30,749 nucleotides of DNA from Eubacteriales bacterium (GCA_045588615.1 JAZNEN010000244.1:1-30749), one strand, 5' to 3'. Positions 1 to 8,347 are shown, numbered from the stretch's first letter. The notes: generated by a model not told the origin, from the letters alone. Program-made: numbers and translations.

Positions 1-103
1 TTGCAAAAAGACGAATCATATAAAATTAACTTCAGCGAATAATATAATAAATCCGCATCAGATGCATTATTTTGTTTTTTCATCTATTATTAAACTAAAC
101 ATC

Positions 104-131
104 TTGAATAATCTAAAAAAATAAGTATAAT
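104..131 (+). promoter_or_regulatory. Putative sigma-A promoter of the GT14 gene
   Basis: TTGAAT (104-109), 16 bp, TATAAT (126-131); GGAGG RBS just upstream of ATG 175. Confidence 0.5.
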
Positions 132-174
132 TATTATATCAAGAATGGTATAAAAAATAATCGGAGGACAAAAT

Positions 175-1065
175 ATGTGTACAGAAATACAGAAGCACGC
201 CATCTGCATACAATGTCACAATAAGCCCGAAATTATCAACACATTAATTGATTCGTTACCTGCATCTCATTTTGATTTCTTTATACATGTTGATAAAAAA
301 TCGCCAATCATTGACAGTATAATCAAACGTGATAATGTCTTTTTTTCAAAACGGCTTGATGTTTCTTGGGGACAAAGCTCCCAATATAAAGCTACGCTTG
401 AAATGTTTAATTCTTTGAATCACGAAAAATACAATTATGTGCACTTAATAAGCGGTAACGATTTTGTGATTTGTTCACCTCAAAAATTTATTGACTTTTT
501 TAACGGTAATAAAAATCAATACATACAGTGTTGCCCGCTTGATGAGAAAAACACCTGGACTTGGCACGGTCAAGACAGATATCTCGTTTGGTATCCTAAA
601 TTTTTAGTAAAGCGGCCAAGCTATAAACTTCACAGAATTGCACGCATTTTATATAGAGAATTTATAATGCGTACCAAAATTTTCAGAAGAAAAAAACTGC
701 CGGTAAAAGAATTTTTCGGTGGTTCGCAGTGGTTTTCTGTAACAGGAGAGTTTGTGGGATGGATGAAAGAATATTTAAACGATCACAAAGAATATATCGG
801 CTTTTTCGATCATAGTGTGTGTTCCGACGAGGTATTCTTTTCCACATTAGCAAAACTTTCTCCTTATAAAAACGAAATAGCAAATAACTGCTTAAGATAT
901 ATGATCTGGCCGCCCGCTTCCACTACCGGTGGTCCGAAAGAACTTTCTATAGATGACATCAAAAAAACAAAACCGGGCAAATATATTTTTGCCCGGAAAA
1001 TCACTGATATGAATGTAGTGGATTTTTTAAAAACATCTTTATTTGAATTTTCAGAAAACAACTAA
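175..1065 (+). CDS. Beta-1,6-N-acetylglucosaminyltransferase (GT14, core-2/I-branching family)
   Basis: 296 aa. Motifs AICIQCHNK, FFIHVDKKS, VSWG, YVHLISGNDF, GGSQWF, DEVFFSTL, LRYMIW, FARK match the GT14 pattern. Confidence 0.85.
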   Translation: MCTEIQKHAICIQCHNKPEIINTLIDSLPASHFDFFIHVDKKSPIIDSIIKRDNVFFSKRLDVSWGQSSQYKATLEMFNSLNHEKYNYVHLISGNDFVICSPQKFIDFFNGNKNQYIQCCPLDEKNTWTWHGQDRYLVWYPKFLVKRPSYKLHRIARILYREFIMRTKIFRRKKLPVKEFFGGSQWFSVTGEFVGWMKEYLNDHKEYIGFFDHSVCSDEVFFSTLAKLSPYKNEIANNCLRYMIWPPASTTGGPKELSIDDIKKTKPGKYIFARKITDMNVVDFLKTSLFEFSENN

Positions 1066-1100
1066 CCCCACACCGTCAAAATGTTCCGTAATAATCATAA

Positions 1101-1139
1101 AAGGGATCGGCTCAAAATTCCCATCTGAGCCGATCCCTT
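1101..1139. terminator. Probable bidirectional intrinsic terminator
   Basis: Perfect 14 bp inverted repeat AAGGGATCGGCTCA / TGAGCCGATCCCTT with an 11 nt loop, between convergent genes. Confidence 0.8.
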
Positions 1140-1163
1140 ATGGCTTTGTTTAAAATAAAACAC

Positions 1164-2609
1164 TCATTTTATCTCGTTTATGCACTGTGTGATAATTTCT
1201 TCTGACCGAGACCTCGAGTAAAGGTATCTGCTTTCAAACAGCATATCAAAAAAGTTCGATGCCTCCTCAAGCAATGTTGCCTCGTTGGTTACAACACCTA
1301 CCTGTCCGGAAAAATCAGCAGCACTTGACGGTGTCATACTGAACATAAGATGACAGTCCTTCATATAATCTATCATTGTATCTATCGGAAAATCTACAAA
1401 ATCCTCGTTTATTATACGCAGATCCGAGCATCCGCTTTTCACCGTGGCAAGCATTTTGCTAAGTATCTGTTTTCTTGCTTCCGCTGATGCAGGATTTACA
1501 TACTCTGCTGGAAAATCGTGAAGTTTACCGGTTTTTGCAAAATTATAAAGTCCCTTTCTTGTAAAAGCACCCTTCTTAAGTCTGGTTTTGTATGAGCTGT
1601 AATATGTATAAAGAGAAGGTAATATCCCGCTGATCTCAGGAAATTCCGTTCTGGCAACATCCTGCATTTGCTCATATTCCATAAACGGCGCAATACACGG
1701 CGCATGCTGAAAATAACAAACGTAAGAAAGAGGGCTTGTGACCTTCTTAATATAATCGAACAAATCGAATATGGAAGAATAACGCCGAACAAGACTTCTC
1801 ATTCCGTCTATACGTGTTTGGCACATATCCGCAAAACCGGCCACAGTTTCTTTGTCCGTTATAGCAAATGCTCTGTCAAGGCGGGAATTTATGAATATAA
1901 CTTCATCGGACAAAAGAATATAATCAGAAAATCCAAAAGGCAAGATATCTGCCGTTTCGGAGGTATATTCGTAAAGTATATCACCGTCTCCTATGAGAAG
2001 CGGGGCGCAGTCAAGTATTTTCAAAAAATTCCCCAAATTTCCCTTTGCTTCATTTTTTGTTATCTGTGTGCAAATTTTGAAATTGACTTTAACTGAAGTA
2101 TCAGCCAGGATCGAGATTATACTTTCCTGAAGGATTTTGTTATCGATCGTGATATTGGTATACAACATCGGGGCAGCACAGCTGTCCACTTCCCTTTTTA
2201 CCGCTTCCAGCACATATACAAGAACTTCTGTATGCGTTTTAAGCATATTGATTCCGTCTTGTTTACGGGTTATATTCCATTTTTCATTTTGCGGCATTTT
2301 GAGCTGCTGCATCGAAAAATGCGTAAGCGGAGGCGAAAGTTCGTTTTTCTTAATAATTTCATCAAGCTGACGGCAAGCAGCGCTTCCAAAACGTGCGTTG
2401 TCCAGCTCTTGCATCAAATAATTCCGTTTTGCCTTTGAAAGCGGCATAACAGCCATGATGGCATCAAGCTCATCAAGTGTGGGGATTTTTTGACCGTTTA
2501 CAATTTTAGTTACGATTGAACGCGAAATGTTTGCACATGCGGATATACGCATAACTGACATATTACTTTCGCTTATCTCATTTGAAAGCATTTCGCTGAA
2601 TGCGGACAT
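1164..2609 (-). CDS. XRE/Cro-like HTH protein with a large uncharacterised C-terminal region
   Basis: 481 aa. N-terminal FSEMLSNEISESNMSVMRISACANISRSIVTKIVNGQKIP is an XRE-like HTH; AGGAG RBS upstream; about 410 aa of C-terminus not assignable. Confidence 0.7.
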   Translation of the reverse strand: MSAFSEMLSNEISESNMSVMRISACANISRSIVTKIVNGQKIPTLDELDAIMAVMPLSKAKRNYLMQELDNARFGSAACRQLDEIIKKNELSPPLTHFSMQQLKMPQNEKWNITRKQDGINMLKTHTEVLVYVLEAVKREVDSCAAPMLYTNITIDNKILQESIISILADTSVKVNFKICTQITKNEAKGNLGNFLKILDCAPLLIGDGDILYEYTSETADILPFGFSDYILLSDEVIFINSRLDRAFAITDKETVAGFADMCQTRIDGMRSLVRRYSSIFDLFDYIKKVTSPLSYVCYFQHAPCIAPFMEYEQMQDVARTEFPEISGILPSLYTYYSSYKTRLKKGAFTRKGLYNFAKTGKLHDFPAEYVNPASAEARKQILSKMLATVKSGCSDLRIINEDFVDFPIDTMIDYMKDCHLMFSMTPSSAADFSGQVGVVTNEATLLEEASNFFDMLFESRYLYSRSRSEEIITQCINEIK

Positions 2610-2645
2610 TATCGATCTCCTTTCTATCGTTTATTTTGCTACACT

Positions 2646-2674
2646 ATAATAGCATATTTTCATCATTTAGTCAA
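2646..2674 (-). promoter_or_regulatory. Sigma-A promoter of the XRE-HTH gene
   Basis: Minus strand TTGACT, 17 bp, TATTAT, with an extended -10 TG. Confidence 0.7.
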
Positions 2675-2786
2675 GTTTTTTGACAGATATTTCTTTTATT
2701 TATCGTTTTCTCTCCAAATTATTCATAAGAAATAATAATCAAATAAAAAAATTTCAAATGTGTACATATGATTTATAGAATTGATG

Positions 2787-2795
2787 TGGTATAAT
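2787..2795 (+). promoter_or_regulatory. Extended -10 element upstream of proC
   Basis: TGgTATAAT; no convincing -35 at 17 bp. Confidence 0.5.
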
Positions 2796-2825
2796 ACTAT
2801 ATATTTAATTAATCCGGAGACACGT

Positions 2826-3641
2826 ATGAACGAAAAAATTGCTTTTATAGGCGTTGGCAATATGGCACACGCCATAATCAACGGAATACTCAAAAACAGT
2901 GCCGATTTCACATCGGACGATATAATCCTATTCGATAAATTCCCCTCACAGCTTGATGATTATCCGACGTTAAATGCAGCGAAAAGTGCAACTGACGCAG
3001 TAAAACAAGCTGATTTTGTTGTATTTGCAGTTAAACCGCAAAATTTCAACGAGCTTTTGAGTGAGCTTCGCGAAAGCGGTATTGATTATAAAAACAAAAC
3101 ATTTATAACAATTGCCGCAGGAATAAGCTGTGAATATATTCAGTCTTATTTCCCCCGTGCCGCAGTTGTAAGGGTAATGCCAAACACTCCAATGCTTATC
3201 GGAGCAGGTGTTTGTTCTGTTTGCAAAAACGAATTTGTAAGCGAGAAAAATTTCAAAACGGCGTTTTCTCTTTTCTCCGCCCTCGGTGTTGCATTTGAGC
3301 TGGAAGAGGACAAGATGAATGCAATAATCTCCCTGACTTCCTCCTCTCCCGCCTACATATTTTTATTCATAAAGGCTTTGATGGACGGTGCTGTTATGCA
3401 GGGTCTTGAATTTACAGACGAAAAGGAAATGAGAAGGATAGCCTGCGAAACTGTAATAGGCTCCGCAAAGCTGCTTATGAACAGCGAAAAATCTCCCGAG
3501 CAGCTTATAAAAGATGTCACTTCCCCGGGCGGTACAACTGCCGAGGCGATGAAAGTATTTTACGAAGCCGAATTTGAAAAAACAGTACATAAAGCAATGC
3601 TTGCATGCACAAAGCGCGCTGACGAGCTTTCAAAGAAATAA
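2826..3641 (+). CDS. proC: Pyrroline-5-carboxylate reductase
   Basis: IAFIGVGNMA Rossmann motif, AVKPQ, RVMPNTP, SSSPAY, VTSPGGTT. Start moved to ATG 2826 (GGAGA RBS at 2816-2820). Confidence 0.97.
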   Translation: MNEKIAFIGVGNMAHAIINGILKNSADFTSDDIILFDKFPSQLDDYPTLNAAKSATDAVKQADFVVFAVKPQNFNELLSELRESGIDYKNKTFITIAAGISCEYIQSYFPRAAVVRVMPNTPMLIGAGVCSVCKNEFVSEKNFKTAFSLFSALGVAFELEEDKMNAIISLTSSSPAYIFLFIKALMDGAVMQGLEFTDEKEMRRIACETVIGSAKLLMNSEKSPEQLIKDVTSPGGTTAEAMKVFYEAEFEKTVHKAMLACTKRADELSKK

Positions 3642-3704
3642 TCGGAATATTCACATACAGCACTTCATATTCTTTATCAAGAATAAAGAAACGGAGTGCC
3701 AAAA

Positions 3705-4328
3705 ATGAAATATATTACCGACGGAGAAAACAATAAGCATAACACAAAAAGCGGTGACGATATTGCCACAAGAACACTGTACACTCTCGCCAAGCGAAGG
3801 GACAGGCGCAATTATTTTTCCGCATCGCTTATATTTTTGTGTGTCATCTTTTTTCTGTCGATAACCGTTGGGTGTCTATTGTATATTTATTTAAAGCAAA
3901 CGGAAGCCTTACCTGTTTTTGACATTCAGGCACCGCCCGATACATTTACGGAAGCTGTTAAAACGGTGCTTAAAAATTACTTTATATCTTTTTTGCCGTT
4001 TGCGCTCGTTTTCGTTTTGGGGTTTACGACAATCTGCTCTTTATTGAATGGCTTGTTGTGTGCCTTCCTCGGTGTGTTCGCGGGATTTTTTATCACATAT
4101 ATGTATAAGCTGTCCGCTGTCGGATATTTATCCGCTTCCCTTTCACTTGCTCTGTACTGCTTTGTATTTTTGTATTTCTCGGCAGTATCGGTAAGCTTTT
4201 CGCACAGCTTAAGTCCAAACGGCGAATTTGACAGTCTGTTCGAAGAAGACCTTGCATGTTATCTGCGTTATCTTTTAACCTCCGCATCAGCAACACTTGC
4301 TGCTTGCATAATATACCACATTATCTAA
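3705..4328 (+). CDS. Polytopic membrane protein, SpoIIM-like
   Basis: About 207 aa with about 5 hydrophobic segments; the VLGFTT...LGVFAGF pattern resembles SpoIIM. GGAG RBS before ATG 3705. Family call is tentative. Confidence 0.45.
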   Translation: MKYITDGENNKHNTKSGDDIATRTLYTLAKRRDRRNYFSASLIFLCVIFFLSITVGCLLYIYLKQTEALPVFDIQAPPDTFTEAVKTVLKNYFISFLPFALVFVLGFTTICSLLNGLLCAFLGVFAGFFITYMYKLSAVGYLSASLSLALYCFVFLYFSAVSVSFSHSLSPNGEFDSLFEEDLACYLRYLLTSASATLAACIIYHII

Positions 4329-4340
4329 AGGAAATTTAAA

Positions 4341-5300
4341 ATGGAAAGAAAAAAAATTCTGAAGCTGCCGAATATATTTGACACTCAAAAGGAAGGAAAG
4401 GGTGTTGAAAAAGGTGAGGTTAAAGACCCTACCTTCAAAAACTTTTTCAAATATTACGGCAGATCAATAACAAAGCTTCTTAACGTAAACCTTATGTTTA
4501 CCCTTTTGTGTCTGCCGGTGTTTTCTCTGTTTTTTGCCATTGCAGGCTTTACAAATCTTTCAGCACCTGCGGCATCCGGTACGCTTTTTGGACCCATACG
4601 CTCTGCAATCATCAGCGGAAATATAAACCCCGTGACAATGTCACTATTTGGTGCATACGGTATACAGACCGACCAAAGCGTGCGTCTGACCGTGCCGACA
4701 CTTATATTTTTCGGCATAGCCGCACTTGTCATTTTCACTTGGGGATACGCAAACACCGGTATGTTTTATGTTATAAGAAACATACAAAAGGGCGAACCTG
4801 TGTTTATGTTTGCCGACTTCAAGCAGACGATAAAGCAAAACAAATTTCAATCACTTATACTCGGAATGATCGATCTTGCCATTATCGGGCTTACATTTTA
4901 CGATCTTCAGTTTTTTGCAATAAACTCATCTGTTTCATCTATGTACAGCGTTATGTTCTGGATATGTATCTTCATCGGCATCACATATCTGATAATGCGA
5001 GTTTATATTTATCTTATGCTCGTAACATTTGACCTTTCGATATACAAAATGTTCAAAAACGGACTTATATTTTCATTTATCGGTTTGAAGAGAAACATCC
5101 CTGCCATTTTGGGAATGCTTCTTGTTATCGCATTTAATGTGTTCATCCTTATAGGCTATTTGCCTGTGGGAATCGTTTTACCGTTTGTTTTGACATTTTC
5201 CACATGTGCATATATAGGGGTCTATGCGGCTTATCCGAAAATAAAGGAAATAATGATAGATCCGTATTACAGCGAAAACGAAGAAGAAACGGAAGAATAA
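4341..5300 (+). CDS. DUF624/YesL-like membrane protein
   Basis: 319 aa, multi-TM. KLLNVNLMFTLLCLP, NTGMFYVIRNIQKGEPVFMFADFKQTIKQN and the acidic tail resemble DUF624. Confidence 0.65.
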   Translation: MERKKILKLPNIFDTQKEGKGVEKGEVKDPTFKNFFKYYGRSITKLLNVNLMFTLLCLPVFSLFFAIAGFTNLSAPAASGTLFGPIRSAIISGNINPVTMSLFGAYGIQTDQSVRLTVPTLIFFGIAALVIFTWGYANTGMFYVIRNIQKGEPVFMFADFKQTIKQNKFQSLILGMIDLAIIGLTFYDLQFFAINSSVSSMYSVMFWICIFIGITYLIMRVYIYLMLVTFDLSIYKMFKNGLIFSFIGLKRNIPAILGMLLVIAFNVFILIGYLPVGIVLPFVLTFSTCAYIGVYAAYPKIKEIMIDPYYSENEEETEE

Positions 5301-5345
5301 ATACATCAGCTACGTGCGGTGTATGTTATAAAATGCAAATATCGA

Positions 5346-5383
5346 AAAACAGCAGGTTCAAATTAAAATGAACCTGCTGTTTT
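5346..5383. terminator. Bidirectional intrinsic terminator
   Basis: Perfect 15 bp IR AAAACAGCAGGTTCA / TGAACCTGCTGTTTT with an 8 nt loop, between convergent genes. Confidence 0.85.
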
Positions 5384-5389
5384 GTGAGT

Positions 5390-6070
5390 TTATTTCGATG
5401 AAATAAGCTCAGATACTGTGAGAAATTCGTATCCTCTTTCCTTGAGCACCGGTATCACCGTCTGAAGTGCGTCGGGCGTGGGTGTATCAGGTGTTATAAA
5501 GTCGTGAAACAGAATTATATCGCCGCCTTTTACACCGTCAAGTATTTTTTTTGATATTTCACCGGACGGTGTATGTGCCCAATCTCTTGTATCGTGTGAC
5601 CATAATATCACCGAACAACCGCATTTTTTTGCCACATTTGCAATATTTTTTCCGCAAAACCCTTCAGGCGGGCGGAACAGTATCGGAGTTTTATCGGTTA
5701 TCTTGCCGATAACATCCGATGCTTTTTTTATCTCCGCTTGCAATTCTTCATCCGATATACTCTTCAAATGCGGGTGCGAGTAAGTGTGATTGCCTATTTC
5801 GTGTCCGTCTGACACTATGCGCTTCACTTTTTCGGGATATCTTTCTGCATTTGCACCTATCACAAAAAACGTCGCCTTGACACCGTAGCTTTCGAGAATA
5901 TCAAGTATCCTGTCAGTATACTTATAATGCGGGCCGTCATCAAATGTTAAGGCGATCTTTTTGTCCTCCGTCAAAACGCATCTGTATACATCATTAAGTG
6001 CCGAAACGCGAAATACAGCAAAAGAACACAGGCTTAACGCAAGCGTAAGGCATATAAGCTTTATCCGCAT
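5390..6070 (-). CDS. Polysaccharide deacetylase (CE4/NodB; PdaB-like), probably exported
   Basis: Signal-like N-terminus; TFDDGP, GNHTYSHPHL, FRPPEG, LWSHDTRDW, IILFHD. Confidence 0.9.
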   Translation of the reverse strand: MRIKLICLTLALSLCSFAVFRVSALNDVYRCVLTEDKKIALTFDDGPHYKYTDRILDILESYGVKATFFVIGANAERYPEKVKRIVSDGHEIGNHTYSHPHLKSISDEELQAEIKKASDVIGKITDKTPILFRPPEGFCGKNIANVAKKCGCSVILWSHDTRDWAHTPSGEISKKILDGVKGGDIILFHDFITPDTPTPDALQTVIPVLKERGYEFLTVSELISSK

Positions 6071-6846
6071 AACTCATCAAGCGTACCGAAGCGGTAGCCC
6101 ATTTTTTCCCACTCCGTCATAACAGAGTCAAGTATATCGGCATTCGTTTTTGACGTGGGATGAAGCAAAACCACCATACCGTTGTGAGTATTATCGAGAA
6201 TGAGTTTTTTTGCCTTTTCGGGATCGGGCTGTTTATTATTGTCCCAATCCGCATATGCAAAGCTCCAAAAAACAGTTTTGTAGCCAAGCTCGCTTGCAAA
6301 TTTCAAATTGCTAAGTGAAAATTTCCCCTCGGGTGGTCTGTAATACATCGCCATTGTTTTCCCCGTCATTTCGGTGTAGAAGGATGAAAGCTCCGACAGC
6401 TCCTTTTCAAACATCGCTTTTTCAGATATTTTCGTCATATCCTTGTGGTGTGCGGTATGATTGCACACAAGATGTCCGTCCTCTGCCATTCGCTTTACAA
6501 GATCGGTGTTGCGTCTTATAAGATTGTCAAGCACGAAAAACGCCCCCGTCGCACCGTGAGATTTCAAAGTATCCAAAATGCGCTCTATATTGCCGTTTTC
6601 ATACCCTGCATCAAACGTCAGATATATGACTTTGTCTTCTTCCCGTCCAACGTAACAACCACCGTAATCTTTCATAAAACCGAATTTTGGGTCAAGCGTG
6701 GGTGTTTTATGCTCCCGATTTCTTTTACAGTAATAATTCAGCGTTTCGTTTTCACTCACAGTGACCGTATCACTGCCTTTGACCGCAAGTGATGTTAAAA
6801 GAAAAAGTGCCGCAAATGCGGCACATAATCTATACAGTTTCGTCAT
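6061..6846 (-). CDS. pdaA: Spore cortex delta-lactam-biosynthetic de-N-acetylase
   Basis: VIYLTFDAGYENG, NHTAHHKDM, YRPPEGKFS, TVFWSFAYADW, LLHPTSKTNA are typical of PdaA. Confidence 0.88.
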   Translation of the reverse strand: MTKLYRLCAAFAALFLLTSLAVKGSDTVTVSENETLNYYCKRNREHKTPTLDPKFGFMKDYGGCYVGREEDKVIYLTFDAGYENGNIERILDTLKSHGATGAFFVLDNLIRRNTDLVKRMAEDGHLVCNHTAHHKDMTKISEKAMFEKELSELSSFYTEMTGKTMAMYYRPPEGKFSLSNLKFASELGYKTVFWSFAYADWDNNKQPDPEKAKKLILDNTHNGMVVLLHPTSKTNADILDSVMTEWEKMGYRFGTLDELCG

Positions 6847-6884
6847 TTGAACCGTCCCTTTGATTGATTTTTGCCCGCAGGATT

Positions 6885-6912
6885 ATTGTATTCCGTAAGC
6901 AGCAAAATATAC
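6885..6912 (-). promoter_or_regulatory. Candidate sporulation sigma (sigma-E/G/F class) promoter of pdaA
   Basis: Minus strand GTATA, 15 bp, AATACAAT, about 40 bp upstream of the pdaA ATG. Confidence 0.45.
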
Positions 6913-6925
6913 TTTCAAAATCAGG

Positions 6926-8197
6926 TCAATTTTTGGGTTTTCTTCCAAGATTATAAATAAAGCTTTCAGCCTCAGCAAGAATACGTCTGTAATTTGAATT
7001 CCAGAACAAACGGCAGGCATCATCGTATTTCAACCATCTGTACTCAGACATAACACTTTCAAACACAACATTCGGGTCATCCGATTCAGCCAGAAAAAGT
7101 ACGACCGTTTTTCTGCACGGTGCGGCAAGTCTGTATGTCACGGATTGTCTGAAATTTTTGTGTGGCTTCAGATGCTGACCGATTTCTTCAAAAACCTCAC
7201 GCTTTGCTGTTTGCAGTTCTGTTTCACACATTTCCATATGTCCCTTTGGGAAGCTCCATGTTCCGGATCTTTTCTGAAACAAAAGCAGATACTTAATGCC
7301 ATCGGGGGTTTTTCTGTAAACGATCATACCTGCCGATTTCTGATAAAGTGAATTTACAGTTATATCGTAAAATTTTTCACGGAAGTGCACCGCTTCCTCG
7401 ATCCTTGCCTGGTTGACATAAACACCCGAAGGTGCCAAAACAAGACGCACGCCGCACTCTCCGCCCCTGTGTATAACGCCCACAACAGTTCCCGTGAACG
7501 ATGAAACAGGTGTTCTTACACCGAGTATATACGCACGAAGCTCCTTACCGTCGGCCCCGTATTCTCCCTCGATAACACCGTAATTGATGGGATATGTTAT
7601 ATTCTTTCTTGTGGGATGCCGTGTGCCTATCGGACGTATTACACTTACTGTAAACGTTTTACCGAGATAATTTCTTGTGCTTGTTCTCCTTACTATATTT
7701 CTTATATATTCGGATTTTGACGCATTGTAGTGATCGATATTGTAAGGATGCTTAAGATATGCCGCTTCCTTTATTTTTGTGTATTCTTCCCTGTGCGAAT
7801 CTTTTGCGCCGAGATACTTTCTGAAATTGATGAAGCCCTGCCAGCGTTCGTCCATATACTCAACAAAATGTATATTGTGTGTAACGATATCGTTTTCAAG
7901 ATCACCGGAATAGAAAAACATACGCCTCGCGTTATCCTTTTCAGGAACATGGTATACACCTATCTCCGCAAGTTCGGGGATAAATTTATTGACATCTTCC
8001 AGAAAACGCACACCGACCGCTATATCTATCACCGGTACTGCCGGCATTCCGAACACGGCTGTTGAACCGATATGCTGAATATCAACAGCAAATGTGCCAA
8101 GCACATTTTTTAAATTTACAATAGTGTCTGCCGCCTCCTGCTTCCACGCAGGATCATAAGCGGATAAATAAACCTTATTTCTCTGTATTCCAAGCAT
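6926..8197 (-). CDS. GrpB-family / inorganic-pyrophosphatase-like / Nudix hydrolase three-domain fusion
   Basis: aa 1-172 GrpB (YDPAW, HIGSTAV, PVIDI, HNIHFV, YNASK). aa 177-278 small PPase-like (RPIG..HP, YPINYG, DG.E..AYILGV). aa 285-415 Nudix with an exact GX5EX7REUXEEXG box (GHMEMCETELQTAKREVFEEIG). Confidence 0.85.
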   Translation of the reverse strand: MLGIQRNKVYLSAYDPAWKQEAADTIVNLKNVLGTFAVDIQHIGSTAVFGMPAVPVIDIAVGVRFLEDVNKFIPELAEIGVYHVPEKDNARRMFFYSGDLENDIVTHNIHFVEYMDERWQGFINFRKYLGAKDSHREEYTKIKEAAYLKHPYNIDHYNASKSEYIRNIVRRTSTRNYLGKTFTVSVIRPIGTRHPTRKNITYPINYGVIEGEYGADGKELRAYILGVRTPVSSFTGTVVGVIHRGGECGVRLVLAPSGVYVNQARIEEAVHFREKFYDITVNSLYQKSAGMIVYRKTPDGIKYLLLFQKRSGTWSFPKGHMEMCETELQTAKREVFEEIGQHLKPHKNFRQSVTYRLAAPCRKTVVLFLAESDDPNVVFESVMSEYRWLKYDDACRLFWNSNYRRILAEAESFIYNLGRKPKN

Positions 8198-8240
8198 AAC
8201 TTGCCCACCTTAGCCGATTTTTTTCAAAAGCTTTTACTTT

Positions 8241-8291
8241 AAAAAAGGGGTTGGCTCATTCAAGGAAATAACTCCCGGAATGAGTCGCCCC
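8241..8291 (-). terminator. Probable htrA terminator (long imperfect hairpin plus U tract)
   Basis: Minus strand GGGGCGACTCATTC...GAATGAGCCAACCCC followed by TTTTTT. Confidence 0.6.
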
Positions 8292-8323
8292 ATGTGTTTT
8301 TTGAATATTTATACATTTCGGGG

Positions 8324-8347
8324 CGGACGACCAATGGTCGCCCCTAC
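8324..8347 (-). repeat. GTAG-type REP element
   Basis: Minus strand GTAG-GGGCGACCA-T-TGGTCGTCC-G: a GTAG tetranucleotide 5' of a short imperfect palindrome. Confidence 0.7.

Noticed and set aside
1-42. Possible 3' end of an upstream ORF (LQKDESYKINFSE*)
   Set aside because: Only 13 codons are visible, so it cannot be supported or identified.
2670-2684. GTCAA-N5-TTGAC palindrome at the XRE gene -35
   Set aside because: Short, and easily explained by back-to-back -35-like hexamers in an AT-rich divergent region.
2781-2825. Longer ORF-track starts for proC (also glgB 11947, glgD 15149, gap 24381, lysR 25898, ywlG 28392, SpoIIM-like 3696)
   Set aside because: The extensions overlap promoter or RBS sequences; downstream ATGs have properly spaced RBSs.
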